This document shows positions 51,105-61,216 of a stretch of 64,000 bases of DNA, in pieces; position 1 is the first letter of the stretch, and each line of letters opens with the position of its first letter. The notes under the pieces are model-generated. The model worked only from the letters and a program-made list of their open reading frames with translations, ran no database searches and had not been told where the DNA came from. The stretch lies in assembly GCA_963749705.1 (NCBI GenBank), contig CAVVNQ010000015.1:64001-128000 (forward strand), read 5' to 3'. Made by a program: the position numbers and the translations under genes. The DNA comes from an uncultured Chloroflexia bacterium. GTDB taxonomy: Bacteria; Chloroflexota; Limnocylindria; Limnocylindrales; CSP1-4.

Positions 51105-52407
51105 TCAGGCGGCTCCCAACCGGGCACCCATCTCGACACCGGCGCCGGCATCCTGCGGGATGCGGAGCCCCATCCCGGCCGCGAGATGCGGGCCGTCGAG
51201 GGTCGGCCCGATCAGGGTGGCGGACGCCTGGCTGTGCTGCCACAGCAGCCCGATGAAGTAGAGACCCGGGATCTCGCTCACCCCGCGCCGGTTGCGCGGG
51301 ATCCCCTGGGCATCGACGGATCGGCGCATCGATCCATGAATGGTCCATCCGGTACCCGGTGGCCCACACGATGGACGTGACGCCCGCCGCCTTGAGGTCA
51401 AGCTGCGTGTGCTCCGGCGGGTCATACGGTTCGTGATCGACCGTGCCGGGCGGCGCATCGATGCCCGCCCGGGCGATGTACGTGTCGATCGGCGGCCGCA
51501 CGATCTCGTCAAAGAACGCCTCGGAGCGGCGCAGCCGGGCGCCGAGATCGGCCGCGATCGACAGGCGATGCCCGGCAACCGCCTCGAGGTGACCGAGGAG
51601 GGTGAGCCCATCGCGCGCAGCCATCCGGCGCAGGTTGACGTCCCGCCCGCCGTGGTGGCCGGACAGCTGGGGCGTTCCCATCAGGCGCCGGCGCGGATCG
51701 GGGAGGGTGTCCGCCTTGGGCGTGACGACCCCGTGGGCCTCACCGTCGACCTCGAGGGCGGCGAGCCACCCGAAGATGTCGCGACCGCGATAGCGGCGCG
51801 GAGCCCACCCGTTGCTGCCGACGGCGAGGTAGACCCGTCGCCCGGCCGCCAGCAGCTCGTCGGCCAGCTGGACGCCGGTCTGGCCGGACCCGACCACGAG
51901 CACGGCACCGGGCGGCAGGGCGCTCGCGTTGCGATAGGCATGCGAGTGGACCTGGTGGATGTCCCCCGGAACGCGCGTCGCGAGTTCGGGGACGCGGGGG
52001 AGGTGGAAGCTGCCGGTGGCCACCACCACGGCCTGCGCCTCCATCATCCCCGCGCTGGTCTCGAGTCGGAAGCCGCCGTCCCCGGGCGTCAGGCGCTCGA
52101 CCGCGGTCCCGGTCATCACCGGCGCGCGGACCTGCTCCGCGTAGCGCGCCACCCGGGCCACGATCTCGTCCCGCGGCATGTACCCGTCAGGATCCGTGCC
52201 GTCGTAGGGCTGGCCCGGAAGCGATGCAATCCAGTTTGGCGTGACCAGCCGGAACGAATCCCAGCGGTCCTGCCAGCCGCCGCCGAGGGTCGTGCGGCGT
52301 TCGAGCACGAGGTGGTCTGTTCCGGCAAGGGTGAGGAGCCGGCTCATCGCAAGGCCGGCCTGGCCGGCGCCCACGACGACCACCGGCATCCGGCGTGTGT
52401 CGTTCAT
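51105..52407 (-). CDS. Flavin-dependent monooxygenase (CzcO-like), one apparent +1 frameshift at ~51318
   Basis: VVGAGQAG, HSHAYRN, VVGSGQTG, IVWATGY; C-terminus PGLYFIGL in the adjacent frame. Confidence 0.88.
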
Positions 52408-52494
52408 GGGCCGCACCCTACGTGTCGCTCACCGGCAGGGGAAGTCTCGATCTCGAACTCGTGCCGGCCTCGCCAGGGGTGGGAAAATCGGTCC

Positions 52495-53163
52495 ATGGGC
52501 GACTACTGCTCGTTCTCCAAGGCCGTCGAGCAGCTCGGGGATCGCTGGAGCCTGGTGATCGTCCGGGAGCTGCTGATGCACGGGTCGCGCACCTACAGCG
52601 ACCTCCTCGCCGGGGCATCCGGGATCAGCCGCTCGGTGCTCGCGGCACGGCTTCGCAAGCTGCGTGACCTGGGCCTCGTGGAGCGCGTCCGACCGGCAGG
52701 CGACGACCACGCGCCCGAGCATTACGAGATCACGTATGCCGGGCGGGAGCTGCTGCCGGTCCTCGAGGCGCTCCGCGGCTGGTCGGAACGGTTCGTGCCC
52801 GAGGATCCCGCGATGGCCGAGCGGGACCCGGACATCGTCGTGCGCTGGCTGGGCGAGCGCGTGAACCCCAGCCGGCTCCCGCCCCGCCCGGTGGTGCTGG
52901 ACATCGCGCTCGACGGCGCCCGGCGACCCCGGTTCTGGCTCGTGCTCGAGCGCGGCACGGGCTCGTCGGTGTGCATCGAGGATCCCCGCATCGACGAGGA
53001 CCGCTACGTGTTTCTCGAGACATCGGTCGGCGCGCTGATGCCCCTCGCTCGCGGGGCGGGCGACTGGCGGCGGGCGATCGAGGGTGATGCGATCGAGGTG
53101 TTCGGCAACCCGCGGCTGGTCAGCCAGCTGCCGAGCTGGTTCGGCGGGTTGCCCGCCGCGTAG
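52495..53163 (+). CDS. HxlR-family wHTH regulator with SCP2-like C-terminus
   Basis: YCSFSKAVEQLGDRWSLVIVRELL, GISRSVL..RL, Y.IT.AG.EL. Confidence 0.9.
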   Translation: MGDYCSFSKAVEQLGDRWSLVIVRELLMHGSRTYSDLLAGASGISRSVLAARLRKLRDLGLVERVRPAGDDHAPEHYEITYAGRELLPVLEALRGWSERFVPEDPAMAERDPDIVVRWLGERVNPSRLPPRPVVLDIALDGARRPRFWLVLERGTGSSVCIEDPRIDEDRYVFLETSVGALMPLARGAGDWRRAIEGDAIEVFGNPRLVSQLPSWFGGLPAA

Positions 53164-53269
53164 CGCGACCGCGGCGGCGGGGGCAGGAACGACATCCGCC
53201 GCCCATGGCCGTCGAGTACACTCGAACCAAGGGCCGAGGGGGCCGCGATCAGACCGCTCGAGGGGCAGC

Positions 53270-54208
53270 TTGACCACGAATCCTGTCGATGTCCGCCCGG
53301 TCATCGAGGTCACCGACCTACGCAAGCGCTACGGCGACGTGCAGGCTGTCGACGGCATCACCTTTGAGGTCCAACGGGGCGAGATCTTCGGGCTGCTCGG
53401 ACCCAACGGCGCCGGCAAGACGACCACGGTCGAGATCCTCGAGGGGCTCCGCAAGCCGGACTCCGGCCGCGTGGACGTGCTGGGCATCGACGCGGCGCAC
53501 CAGCCGGCCGGGATCAAGGAGCGGATCGGCGTCCAGCTCCAGACCGCCGCGCTCTACCCCTACCTCACGGTCGCGGAGCTGCTCGACCTGTTCCGGACCT
53601 TCTTCATCCGCAGCCGGTCGACCGAATGGCTGCTCGATGCCGTCGACCTCGGGGAACGCCGGAATGCGCAGACGCGCCACCTGTCGGGCGGCCAGCGCCA
53701 GCGGCTGTCGGTCGCCCTCGCGCTGGTCAACGAGCCGGAGCTCGTGTTCCTCGACGAGCCCACGACCGGCATGGACCCGCAGGCGCGGCGGTCGCTGTGG
53801 GACCTCGTCCTGAAGCTTCGTGACGACGGCTGCTCGGTGCTGCTGACGACGCACTACATGGAGGAGGCAGCCCAGCTGTGTGACCGGGTGGCGATCATGG
53901 ACCACGGCCACATCCTGGAGCTGGGCACCGTCTCGGAGCTGGTGAGCCGGCGGTTCCGCGAGCGTGCCGTCCATTTCGACACGGTGCCAGAGCTCGAGCT
54001 CGAGCGGCTCGGTGCGTTGCCCGCCGTCACGCGCGCGATGGTCGAGGACGGCGAGACCGTCCTGTACACGGGGGACGTCGCCGTCACGATCGGAGCCCTG
54101 ATCGAGCTGACCGAATCGCTGGGGCGCGAGCCGGGCAACCTCGGGATCCGGCGTGCCACGCTCGAGGACGTGTTCCTCGACCTGACCGGCCGCGCGCTGC
54201 GGGAGTGA
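53270..54208 (+). CDS. ABC-2 transporter ATP-binding protein
   Basis: GPNGAGKTT, LSGGQRQR, FLDEPTTG, TTHYMEEA. Confidence 0.95.
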   Translation: MTTNPVDVRPVIEVTDLRKRYGDVQAVDGITFEVQRGEIFGLLGPNGAGKTTTVEILEGLRKPDSGRVDVLGIDAAHQPAGIKERIGVQLQTAALYPYLTVAELLDLFRTFFIRSRSTEWLLDAVDLGERRNAQTRHLSGGQRQRLSVALALVNEPELVFLDEPTTGMDPQARRSLWDLVLKLRDDGCSVLLTTHYMEEAAQLCDRVAIMDHGHILELGTVSELVSRRFRERAVHFDTVPELELERLGALPAVTRAMVEDGETVLYTGDVAVTIGALIELTESLGREPGNLGIRRATLEDVFLDLTGRALRE

Positions 54209-54212
54209 CGTG

Positions 54213-55322
54213 ATGCATGCCCTCACGACGTTGACGGTCGCCAACATCCGCAGCTTCATCCGGGATCGGAACGCGCTGTTCTGGACGATCGCCTTCCCGG
54301 TGATCTTCATCCTGCTGTTCGGCGCCATCTTCTCGGGCAACGGCGGCACGACCTACAAGGTCGGCTGGGTCGACGAGGACGGCACGCCGGCGGCGGGCCA
54401 GCTCCGTCAGGTGTTCGCGCAGGTGTCGCTGCTCGAGCTCGAGGATGGCTCCCTCGCCGGCTCCCGCGACGCGATGCAGAAGGGCGACCTGCGCGGGATC
54501 GTCGTCGTCCCGGCCGGCTACGGCGATGCGATCGCGGCGGCTCAGTCGGGGGGGACGGGAGCCGGTGGCCCGACGGTCAGCCTGGAGGTGTACACGGACC
54601 CCAGCCAGCAGACCAGCAGCGGCACGATCAGCCAGGTCGTGTCGCAGGTCGTGTCGTCGCTCAACGTGGCGATGACCGGGCGATCGCCGATCCTGGGCGT
54701 GACCACCCATTCGATCCAGACCCAGGACCTCACCAACGCCGCGTTCCTGGTCCCGGGCATCCTGGGGATGGCGTTGATGCAGCTCGGCATCTTTGGCGCG
54801 GTGCCGCTGGTCGCCCAGCGCGAGAAGCTGATCCTCAAGCGGCTCGGCGCGACGCCGCTGCCGCGCTGGACGCTGGTGGGCAGCAACGTCGTCCTGCGGC
54901 TGCTGATCGGGCTGGTCCAGGCGGCGCTGATCGTCGGGATCGGGATCGCGGCGTTCGGCGTCCAGGTCCTGGGTGCGCTGTGGCTGATGGCCGCCATCGT
55001 CATCCTGGGCGCAATGTCGTTCATCGCCATCGGGTACCTCGTGGCCGCCTTCGTGCGCACCGAGGAGGCGGCCAACGGGGTCGTCCAGGTGATCCAGTTC
55101 CCGATGATGTTCCTGTCGGGGGTGTTCTTCCCGATCGAGATCATGCCCAGCTTCCTGCGCCCGGTCGCGGCGTTCCTGCCCCTGACCTACCTGGGTGACG
55201 CGCTCCGCCAGGTGATGGTGAGCGGCACGGCCTTTGCGCCGCTGCCGGTGGACCTTGCCGTCCTCGGTGGCTGGCTCGTGGTGTGCCTCGCGATCTCGGC
55301 CCGCTTCTTCCGCTGGGAATAG
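54213..55322 (+). CDS. ABC-2 transporter permease
   Basis: FWTIAFP, LVPGILGM, FLSGVFFP, LPLTY. Confidence 0.93.
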   Translation: MHALTTLTVANIRSFIRDRNALFWTIAFPVIFILLFGAIFSGNGGTTYKVGWVDEDGTPAAGQLRQVFAQVSLLELEDGSLAGSRDAMQKGDLRGIVVVPAGYGDAIAAAQSGGTGAGGPTVSLEVYTDPSQQTSSGTISQVVSQVVSSLNVAMTGRSPILGVTTHSIQTQDLTNAAFLVPGILGMALMQLGIFGAVPLVAQREKLILKRLGATPLPRWTLVGSNVVLRLLIGLVQAALIVGIGIAAFGVQVLGALWLMAAIVILGAMSFIAIGYLVAAFVRTEEAANGVVQVIQFPMMFLSGVFFPIEIMPSFLRPVAAFLPLTYLGDALRQVMVSGTAFAPLPVDLAVLGGWLVVCLAISARFFRWE

Positions 55323-55353
55323 CGCCCGAGACGTTCGAGGCGGCCGCGGCTGC

Positions 55354-56478
55354 TCAGCGAGGCGCGACGCTCACCTCGCTCGCCCCGCCCAGGACCTCGA
55401 TCTCGTACCGGTCCGGCTGTTCGGCGAAGCCCTCGCCTACGAACCGCTGGTCGCCACCGACCGTGGACCGCCGCTGCGAATCGAGCCGGACCCGCGACAC
55501 CCCGCCGGCGACCCGCAGCGCCACCGGGACCGCACCGGGCCGCCGGAAGCTGGCGCTGCTGACCACGCCGCCGATCCGCACCGAGGCCGTCCCCGAGGGC
55601 ACCGGCAGGTCGAGCCGGATGTGGTTCGCACCGCCCGCGACGTCCAGCCGCTCCAGCGCGACGCCCTCCAGGGTGCCGGTCAGGTCGGTGATGCCGCCCT
55701 CGAGCTCGATGGTCCACGGGATCGATCCGTTGAGCTTCAGCTGCGCCCTGCGGGTCGAGAACGCGTCGATGGCCTGGCGCCGGTAGCGGACCGTGACGGT
55801 GCCGGCCGACGCGCGAACGTCCGGTCGCGGTCCACCGAAGGTCGCCACCACCAGCTCGCCGCTCGTGGTTGCGCCGCCGAACTGCAGGCGCGATGCGCTG
55901 GTCTCCATGATCATCCGCGCGTTCGCCCGTGGGCCGAGCGGCGCGACGTTGAGCGCGAGCCGTGGCGCACCCGATACGAACATGAGGCGGCCCCGGGTGA
56001 CCCCACCGAGCGGTGCCCGGAACTCGGCGCCCACGAAGCCGCCGCGGGCATCGGCGTTCAGCCTCGATGTCGCGTCGGCGACGAGCCGGCCGGCGGTCGC
56101 GATGAAGTCGGCGATTGCCGCTCGCTCGGGTGCCGGATGTGCGTCCAGGGCGCCCGCCAGGGCGGCGTCGAGCGGGGACACGAGGTCCAGCAGCCGGGTG
56201 GCCTGCGCCTCGACGGGGTGAACGCCGACGCTCCGCCGGTCGGCCGGATCGGGCCGGCGCGCCACGAACCCGGCCTTCTCGAGACGGTCGATGACGCCCG
56301 TGACGGCACCGGTGGTGAGCCCTGACAGGGTGGCCAGGCGACCGGGCGTCACGCCGGGCTCGGCGATGACCAGCTCGAGGCACCGCAGGTCCGTCGGGTT
56401 GACCCCGAGATGGGCCGCCAGCGCATCGTCGAACTCCGGGTTGCGGATCGCTTGACGGATGGCGTCGATGTCACTCAT
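55354..56478 (-). CDS. MarR regulator fused to a beta-rich C-terminal domain
   Basis: LGVNPTDLRCL, TPGRLA..GLTTGAVTGVIDRLE, DPADRR; C-terminal repeats with GG motifs. Confidence 0.88.
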   Translation of the reverse strand: MSDIDAIRQAIRNPEFDDALAAHLGVNPTDLRCLELVIAEPGVTPGRLATLSGLTTGAVTGVIDRLEKAGFVARRPDPADRRSVGVHPVEAQATRLLDLVSPLDAALAGALDAHPAPERAAIADFIATAGRLVADATSRLNADARGGFVGAEFRAPLGGVTRGRLMFVSGAPRLALNVAPLGPRANARMIMETSASRLQFGGATTSGELVVATFGGPRPDVRASAGTVTVRYRRQAIDAFSTRRAQLKLNGSIPWTIELEGGITDLTGTLEGVALERLDVAGGANHIRLDLPVPSGTASVRIGGVVSSASFRRPGAVPVALRVAGGVSRVRLDSQRRSTVGGDQRFVGEGFAEQPDRYEIEVLGGASEVSVAPR

Positions 56479-56520
56479 GATGGAAATATCTTAGCACACG
56501 AGATACTTAGGAGAAGCCAG

Positions 56521-57513
56521 ATGTCTGGTGGCGATCATACACCGCCGCGCGGGGCGATCGAGGCGCGGGATCTCGTCAAGGTGTACCCGGGCGACATCCG
56601 GGCCGTCGACGGGATCAGCCTCGACGTCCAACCCGGATCCGTGTTCGGGCTGCTCGGCCCGAACGGGGCAGGGAAGTCCACCGTGGTCAAGATCCTGTCG
56701 ACGCTGTCCCGGCCCACGTCGGGCGGCGCGTGGGTGGCCGGTCACGACGTGCTCCGCCATCCCGACCGCGTGCGCCGCTCGATCGGCGGGGTCGGGCAGC
56801 AGTCGGCGGTCGACGCCGATGCGACCGGCCGCGAGAACCTCCGGCTCCAGGGCCGCCTGTACGGCATCGATGGCCGGGAGCTGCGTGGCCGGATCGACAG
56901 CCTGCTCGAGCGGTTCGACCTCACGGATTCCGCGGACCGGCTGGTGAGCACCTGGTCGGGGGGCATGCGCCGCAAGCTCGATGTCGCGATGGGCCTGATC
57001 AATCGACCGAGCGTGCTGTTCCTGGATGAGCCGACCACGGGGCTCGATCCCGATGCGCGCGCCAGCCTGTGGGCGGAGATCGAGACGCTGTCGAGCGACG
57101 GGGGGATCGCCATCCTGCTCACGACCCACTACCTCGAGGAGGCCGATCGGCTGGCCGGGCGCCTTGCCATCATCGATCACGGCCGGGTCGTGGCCGAGGG
57201 CACACCCGACGCCATGAAGGCCGAGCTTCGCGGCGACGCGATCCACATCGACCTCGGTGAGGCAGGGGCCGCCGAGGGTGCCGCGACGCTCCTGGCGGGG
57301 ATCGACGGGATCGGCCGCCCGGTCATCGAGGGCGTGCGGATCTCCGCGCGCGCCGACGGGGCCGCGTCGCGGGTGCCCGCGGTGCTGTCCGTCCTCGAGG
57401 CTGCGGGCATCTCCGTCGCCGCCGTCACCGTCGCGCGCCCATCGCTCGACGACGTCTACCTGCGCCATACCGGCCGGTCGTTCCGGCCCGATGCCCTGGA
57501 GGCCACCCGATGA
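56521..57513 (+). CDS. DrrA-like ABC ATP-binding protein
   Basis: GPNGAGKST, WSGGMRRKLD, LDEPTTGLDP, TTHYLEEAD. Confidence 0.95.
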   Translation: MSGGDHTPPRGAIEARDLVKVYPGDIRAVDGISLDVQPGSVFGLLGPNGAGKSTVVKILSTLSRPTSGGAWVAGHDVLRHPDRVRRSIGGVGQQSAVDADATGRENLRLQGRLYGIDGRELRGRIDSLLERFDLTDSADRLVSTWSGGMRRKLDVAMGLINRPSVLFLDEPTTGLDPDARASLWAEIETLSSDGGIAILLTTHYLEEADRLAGRLAIIDHGRVVAEGTPDAMKAELRGDAIHIDLGEAGAAEGAATLLAGIDGIGRPVIEGVRISARADGAASRVPAVLSVLEAAGISVAAVTVARPSLDDVYLRHTGRSFRPDALEATR

Positions 57514-58286
57514 CTGCCATCGCCCAGACCGCCTACGTCACCGAACGCCACCTGCGGTGGTTCATTCGCCAGCCATGGTTCGTCCTGATGGCGATCATCC
57601 AGCCCGTGATCTGGCTGCTCCTGTTCGGAGCGCTGTTCCAGAACGTGACCCGGATCCCGGGCTTCGCGTCGAGTGGCAGCTACCTCGACTATCTCGTCCC
57701 CGGGGTGCTCGTGATGACCGCCCTGTTCTCGTGCGGATGGAGCGGGATGTCGATCATCGAGGACCTCGACCGATCGATCGTCGACCGGATGCTGATCACG
57801 CCGATCCATCGGAGCGCGATCATCAGCGGCCTGACCATCTACCAGCTGGTGTCGCTGCTGATCCAGGCCGCGATCATCGGCGGCCTGGCGCTCCTGCTCG
57901 GCGCCCATTTCGACGGCGGCCTGCTGGGCTTCCTCGCGCTGACCGCGTGCGCGATGCTCGTCGGCGCCGCCGTCGCCTCGCTCTCGGACGCGATGGCGCT
58001 GGTCCTGCGCCAGCGCGAGTCCGTGATCGGGATCAACACCCTGATGACGCTGCCGCTCACGTTCCTGTCGGCCGGGTTCATGCCGCTGGCGCTGGCGCCC
58101 GACTGGATCCGGACGGTCGCCCAGGTCAACCCCGTGAACTGGGCCGTCGAGGCCGGCCGCGAGGCGATGACCGCGACGCCGGACTGGATGTTCGTGCTGC
58201 CGCGGATGGGGGCGCTGCTCGCGCTCGCGCTCCTGGCGACCGCCTGGGCGACGCGGACGTTCCGGTCCTACCAGCGGTCGATCTAG
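57510..58286 (+). CDS. DrrB-like ABC-2 permease
   Basis: QPVIWLLLFG, YLVPGV, NPVNWAV; ATGA coupling. Confidence 0.93.
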   Translation: MTAIAQTAYVTERHLRWFIRQPWFVLMAIIQPVIWLLLFGALFQNVTRIPGFASSGSYLDYLVPGVLVMTALFSCGWSGMSIIEDLDRSIVDRMLITPIHRSAIISGLTIYQLVSLLIQAAIIGGLALLLGAHFDGGLLGFLALTACAMLVGAAVASLSDAMALVLRQRESVIGINTLMTLPLTFLSAGFMPLALAPDWIRTVAQVNPVNWAVEAGREAMTATPDWMFVLPRMGALLALALLATAWATRTFRSYQRSI

Positions 58287-58352
58287 GCGCTCCGCGGCTG
58301 GGGTGCGCTTCGGCCGCCGCCAACCGGCCGCCGCCCCCGCTGGTCGCGTCGC

Positions 58353-59060
58353 TCAGGAGGGGCTCTTGGGCGAGAAGTAGTCCGGGCCGGGGGCTTCGAT
58401 CGTGCTGTCGTCCTCGGACCACTTGACGTCCGTGGTCACGGCGATGATCCCGGGGAGCATCTCGATCATCGGCTCGATCATGGCCGCCGTCGACCGGCGC
58501 CGCACGCGTCCCGTCACGGTGGCGATGCCGTCCACGACGTCGACCGTGAACCCCGCCGGATCCATCCACAGCGCGCGTACGAGCACCTCTTCGCGGATCG
58601 CCTCGGCCAGATCCTCGTCGGACCGCACGAAGGTCCTCACCACGTCCGCGCGGGTGACGATCCCCGCCAGGCGCCCGTCCTCGGTGACCGGCAGGCGGTT
58701 GACCTTGTGCTCCACCATCAGCGTCGCAGCGGCGTTGACCGGTCGCCCGGCGTCGATGGTGATCGCGGGGGTCGTCATCGCATCGCCGGCGGTTCGGGCC
58801 TCCACCTTGGCGAGCACCCGACGGGTCTCCTCGGACTCCCCGAAGATCCGCGCGAGCGGCCGGTGGTGGACGGCGCCGTGGTCCTGGTTCTTCATCAGGA
58901 GGTCGCCCTCGGACACGACGCCCAGGACCTTGCCGCCATCGTCCACGACGGGCAGGCCGCTGATCCGCCGGTCGATCAGCAGGCGGGCAACCTCCTTGAG
59001 CGGCGTTTCCGGTCGGACTGATTGGACCGGGTGGGTCATGATGTCTCGAACGGTCTTCAT
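58353..59060 (-). CDS. CBS-pair plus BON domain protein
   Basis: VRDIMT, ISGLPVVD..GVVSEGDLL, VNRLPV..GIVTRAD; BON VDVVDGIATVTG. Confidence 0.92.
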   Translation of the reverse strand: MKTVRDIMTHPVQSVRPETPLKEVARLLIDRRISGLPVVDDGGKVLGVVSEGDLLMKNQDHGAVHHRPLARIFGESEETRRVLAKVEARTAGDAMTTPAITIDAGRPVNAAATLMVEHKVNRLPVTEDGRLAGIVTRADVVRTFVRSDEDLAEAIREEVLVRALWMDPAGFTVDVVDGIATVTGRVRRRSTAAMIEPMIEMLPGIIAVTTDVKWSEDDSTIEAPGPDYFSPKSPS

Positions 59061-59234
59061 CGGCGGTGGGCTCCTGTAGCAGGGCGCGCCAGTCTCGCGT
59101 ACGTCGATGATCGGCCATCCGGCTGCCTCGATGCCAGAGGCAATTGGCGCGTGCCGGGGCAGGTCGACGACGATGCCCGATGACCTCCGGCCCTCCGGAT
59201 CACGCACGGGACGCAGTCAACGAGGGAGGTCTCC

Positions 59235-60431
59235 ATGGACGCCGACCCGGTCATCGAGATGCTTGGCCGCCCGGTTCGCCTGGCCGTCGTCGGCGGCGGG
59301 CCGGGCAGCTTCATCGGGGCGACGCACCGGAGGGCCGCACGGCTCGACGGTCGGTACACGCTCGTGGCGGGGGTGGTGTCGACCGATCCCGAGCGATCGC
59401 GCAAGGCTGCCGCAGGCATGGGGATCGATCCCGATCGCGCCTACACCGATGCGCTTGAGATGCTCGATGCAGAACGGGGACGCGAGGACGGTGCCGAGGT
59501 CGTCGCGATCATGACCCCCAACGACAGCCACCACCGCTATGCCGTTGCGGCCCTCGATCGTGGGTTCGACGTCATCTGCGACAAGCCGATGACCAACACG
59601 CTCGACGAGGCGCTGGATATCGTCCGCAGGGTCGAGGCAGCCGGGCTCGTCTTCTGCCTCACCCACAACTACACGGGCTACCCGATGGTGCGCCAGGCCC
59701 GCGCCCTGGTCGAGGACGGGCAGGTCGGGGAGATCCGGCTGGTCCAGGTCGAGTACGTGCAGGGCGGCAAGGCCGACGAATCGGATCCTGACCCGGCTGC
59801 CGGGCTACCGTGGCGCTACCACCCCGTGCGTGGCGGGCCGTCGCTCGTGATGGGCGACATCGGGACCCATGCCCACAACCTGGTCCGGTTCGTGACCGGT
59901 CTCGAGGTCGCCGAGGTCGCCGCCGAGATCGGCCACGTGATCCCGGAACGGCTGGTCGACGACTATGGCGGCGCCATGCTGCGCTTCGACAACGGCGCGC
60001 GCGGGACGTTCTGGGTCACGCAGACCGCGGCCGGAGTCGAGAACAGCCTGGGGATCCGCGTGTCGGGCACCAGGGGCAGCCTCGAGTGGCACCAGGAACG
60101 GCCGACGCGGCTGACCTTCAAGCCGCTGCAGGGACCGGTTCGCGTCTACACGCCCAACGGGCCCGGGGTGCTGCCGCCCTCGGCGCGGGCGTGCCGGATC
60201 GCCGCCGGGCACCCGGAGGGCTTCCACGAGGCCTTCGCCAACATCTACTCGGACGCTGCCGAGGCGATCGCCGCACGGCGGTCGGGCCGGGATCCCGATC
60301 CATTGGCCCTGTGGTTCCCCAACCAGCGCGACGGCGCCGTCGGGGTGCGCTTCGTCGAGGCCGCCGTTGCGTCGAGCCGTGCCAACGGCGCCTGGACCGA
60401 TGCCAGGCTGTCGCTCGAGGAGACATCGTGA
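59235..60431 (+). CDS. Gfo/Idh/MocA family oxidoreductase
   Basis: VGGGPGSFIG, TPNDSH, ICDKP, GDIGTH, GHPEGF. Confidence 0.93.
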   Translation: MDADPVIEMLGRPVRLAVVGGGPGSFIGATHRRAARLDGRYTLVAGVVSTDPERSRKAAAGMGIDPDRAYTDALEMLDAERGREDGAEVVAIMTPNDSHHRYAVAALDRGFDVICDKPMTNTLDEALDIVRRVEAAGLVFCLTHNYTGYPMVRQARALVEDGQVGEIRLVQVEYVQGGKADESDPDPAAGLPWRYHPVRGGPSLVMGDIGTHAHNLVRFVTGLEVAEVAAEIGHVIPERLVDDYGGAMLRFDNGARGTFWVTQTAAGVENSLGIRVSGTRGSLEWHQERPTRLTFKPLQGPVRVYTPNGPGVLPPSARACRIAAGHPEGFHEAFANIYSDAAEAIAARRSGRDPDPLALWFPNQRDGAVGVRFVEAAVASSRANGAWTDARLSLEETS

Positions 60432-60847
60432 TGCCTGCGCGAAGGGAGATCGGACATGCCGAGGCCCGCAACCTGGTCGCGATGGTCGCGGACCGGCTCG
60501 AGTCCAACGGACAGGGTGCTGCCGTTGCCATCGTCGACGCACACGGCGAGCTCGTCGCGTTCCTTCGCACCGACGGGTGTGGGCTGGCGTCGATCAACAT
60601 CGCCATCCACAAGGCGTTCACGGCGGCCCGGGAACGCGTCGAGTCCAGCGTGCTCGGCGAGCGGTCCCGAACCGAGGGGTTCCCGCTCACCAACTTCGGG
60701 GACGCTCGCTACGTGGGCTGGGGTGGCGGCGTCCCGATCCGCGTGGCCGGCGAGGTGATCGGCGCCATCGGGGTGAGCGGCCTGCCGGAAGCGGACGACG
60801 TCGAGCTCGCCCGCTGGGCGGCCGCCAGCGTGGCTGCCACGGGTTGA
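60431..60847 (+). CDS. GlcG/HbpS-like heme-binding protein
   Basis: AIVDAHG.L, IAIHKAFTA, GGGVPI, GAIGVSG. Confidence 0.9.
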   Translation: MPARREIGHAEARNLVAMVADRLESNGQGAAVAIVDAHGELVAFLRTDGCGLASINIAIHKAFTAARERVESSVLGERSRTEGFPLTNFGDARYVGWGGGVPIRVAGEVIGAIGVSGLPEADDVELARWAAASVAATG

Positions 60848-60881
60848 TCCGCGGCGGCGAACGGTCAGCGCCGCGGCCCGG

Positions 60882-61208
60882 CTACCGGACCGTTCCCGGC
60901 GCGTCGCTCGTCCGGCCACCCCGGGTCGGAGGCGCCAGCGCGACGTCCAGGTGTGCTCGCCAGTCGTCATTCTCGAGACCGGTACGGACGAGCACGTCCC
61001 GCCAGTCGATCTCTGCCGCCGCCGCCGCTTCGATCAGTCGATCAATGTCGCCGTCGGCGATGATCACCAGCGCGCCGCAGATCCGCTCGTCACCGTCGGG
61101 CGAGGTCCCGCCGAGCTCGAGGTCGGCCAGGAGGTCGACGGCCTGCGCGACGTATACGCCCTGGAAGTCGCGGGCGATCCGGCCGGCAACGCGCTGCGAA
61201 ACGAGCAT
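60882..61208 (-). CDS. Hypothetical protein
   Basis: MLVSQRV..ERICGALV..DWRDVL..GLENDDW; TAGATT just upstream of the ATG. Confidence 0.7.
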   Translation of the reverse strand: MLVSQRVAGRIARDFQGVYVAQAVDLLADLELGGTSPDGDERICGALVIIADGDIDRLIEAAAAAEIDWRDVLVRTGLENDDWRAHLDVALAPPTRGGRTSDAPGTVR

Positions 61209-61216
61209 CCGGGAAT

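Noticed and set aside
56491-56517. CIRCE (HrcA) element
   Set aside because: Only TTAGCAC matches and the GAGTGCTAA half is absent; better explained as a MarR operator
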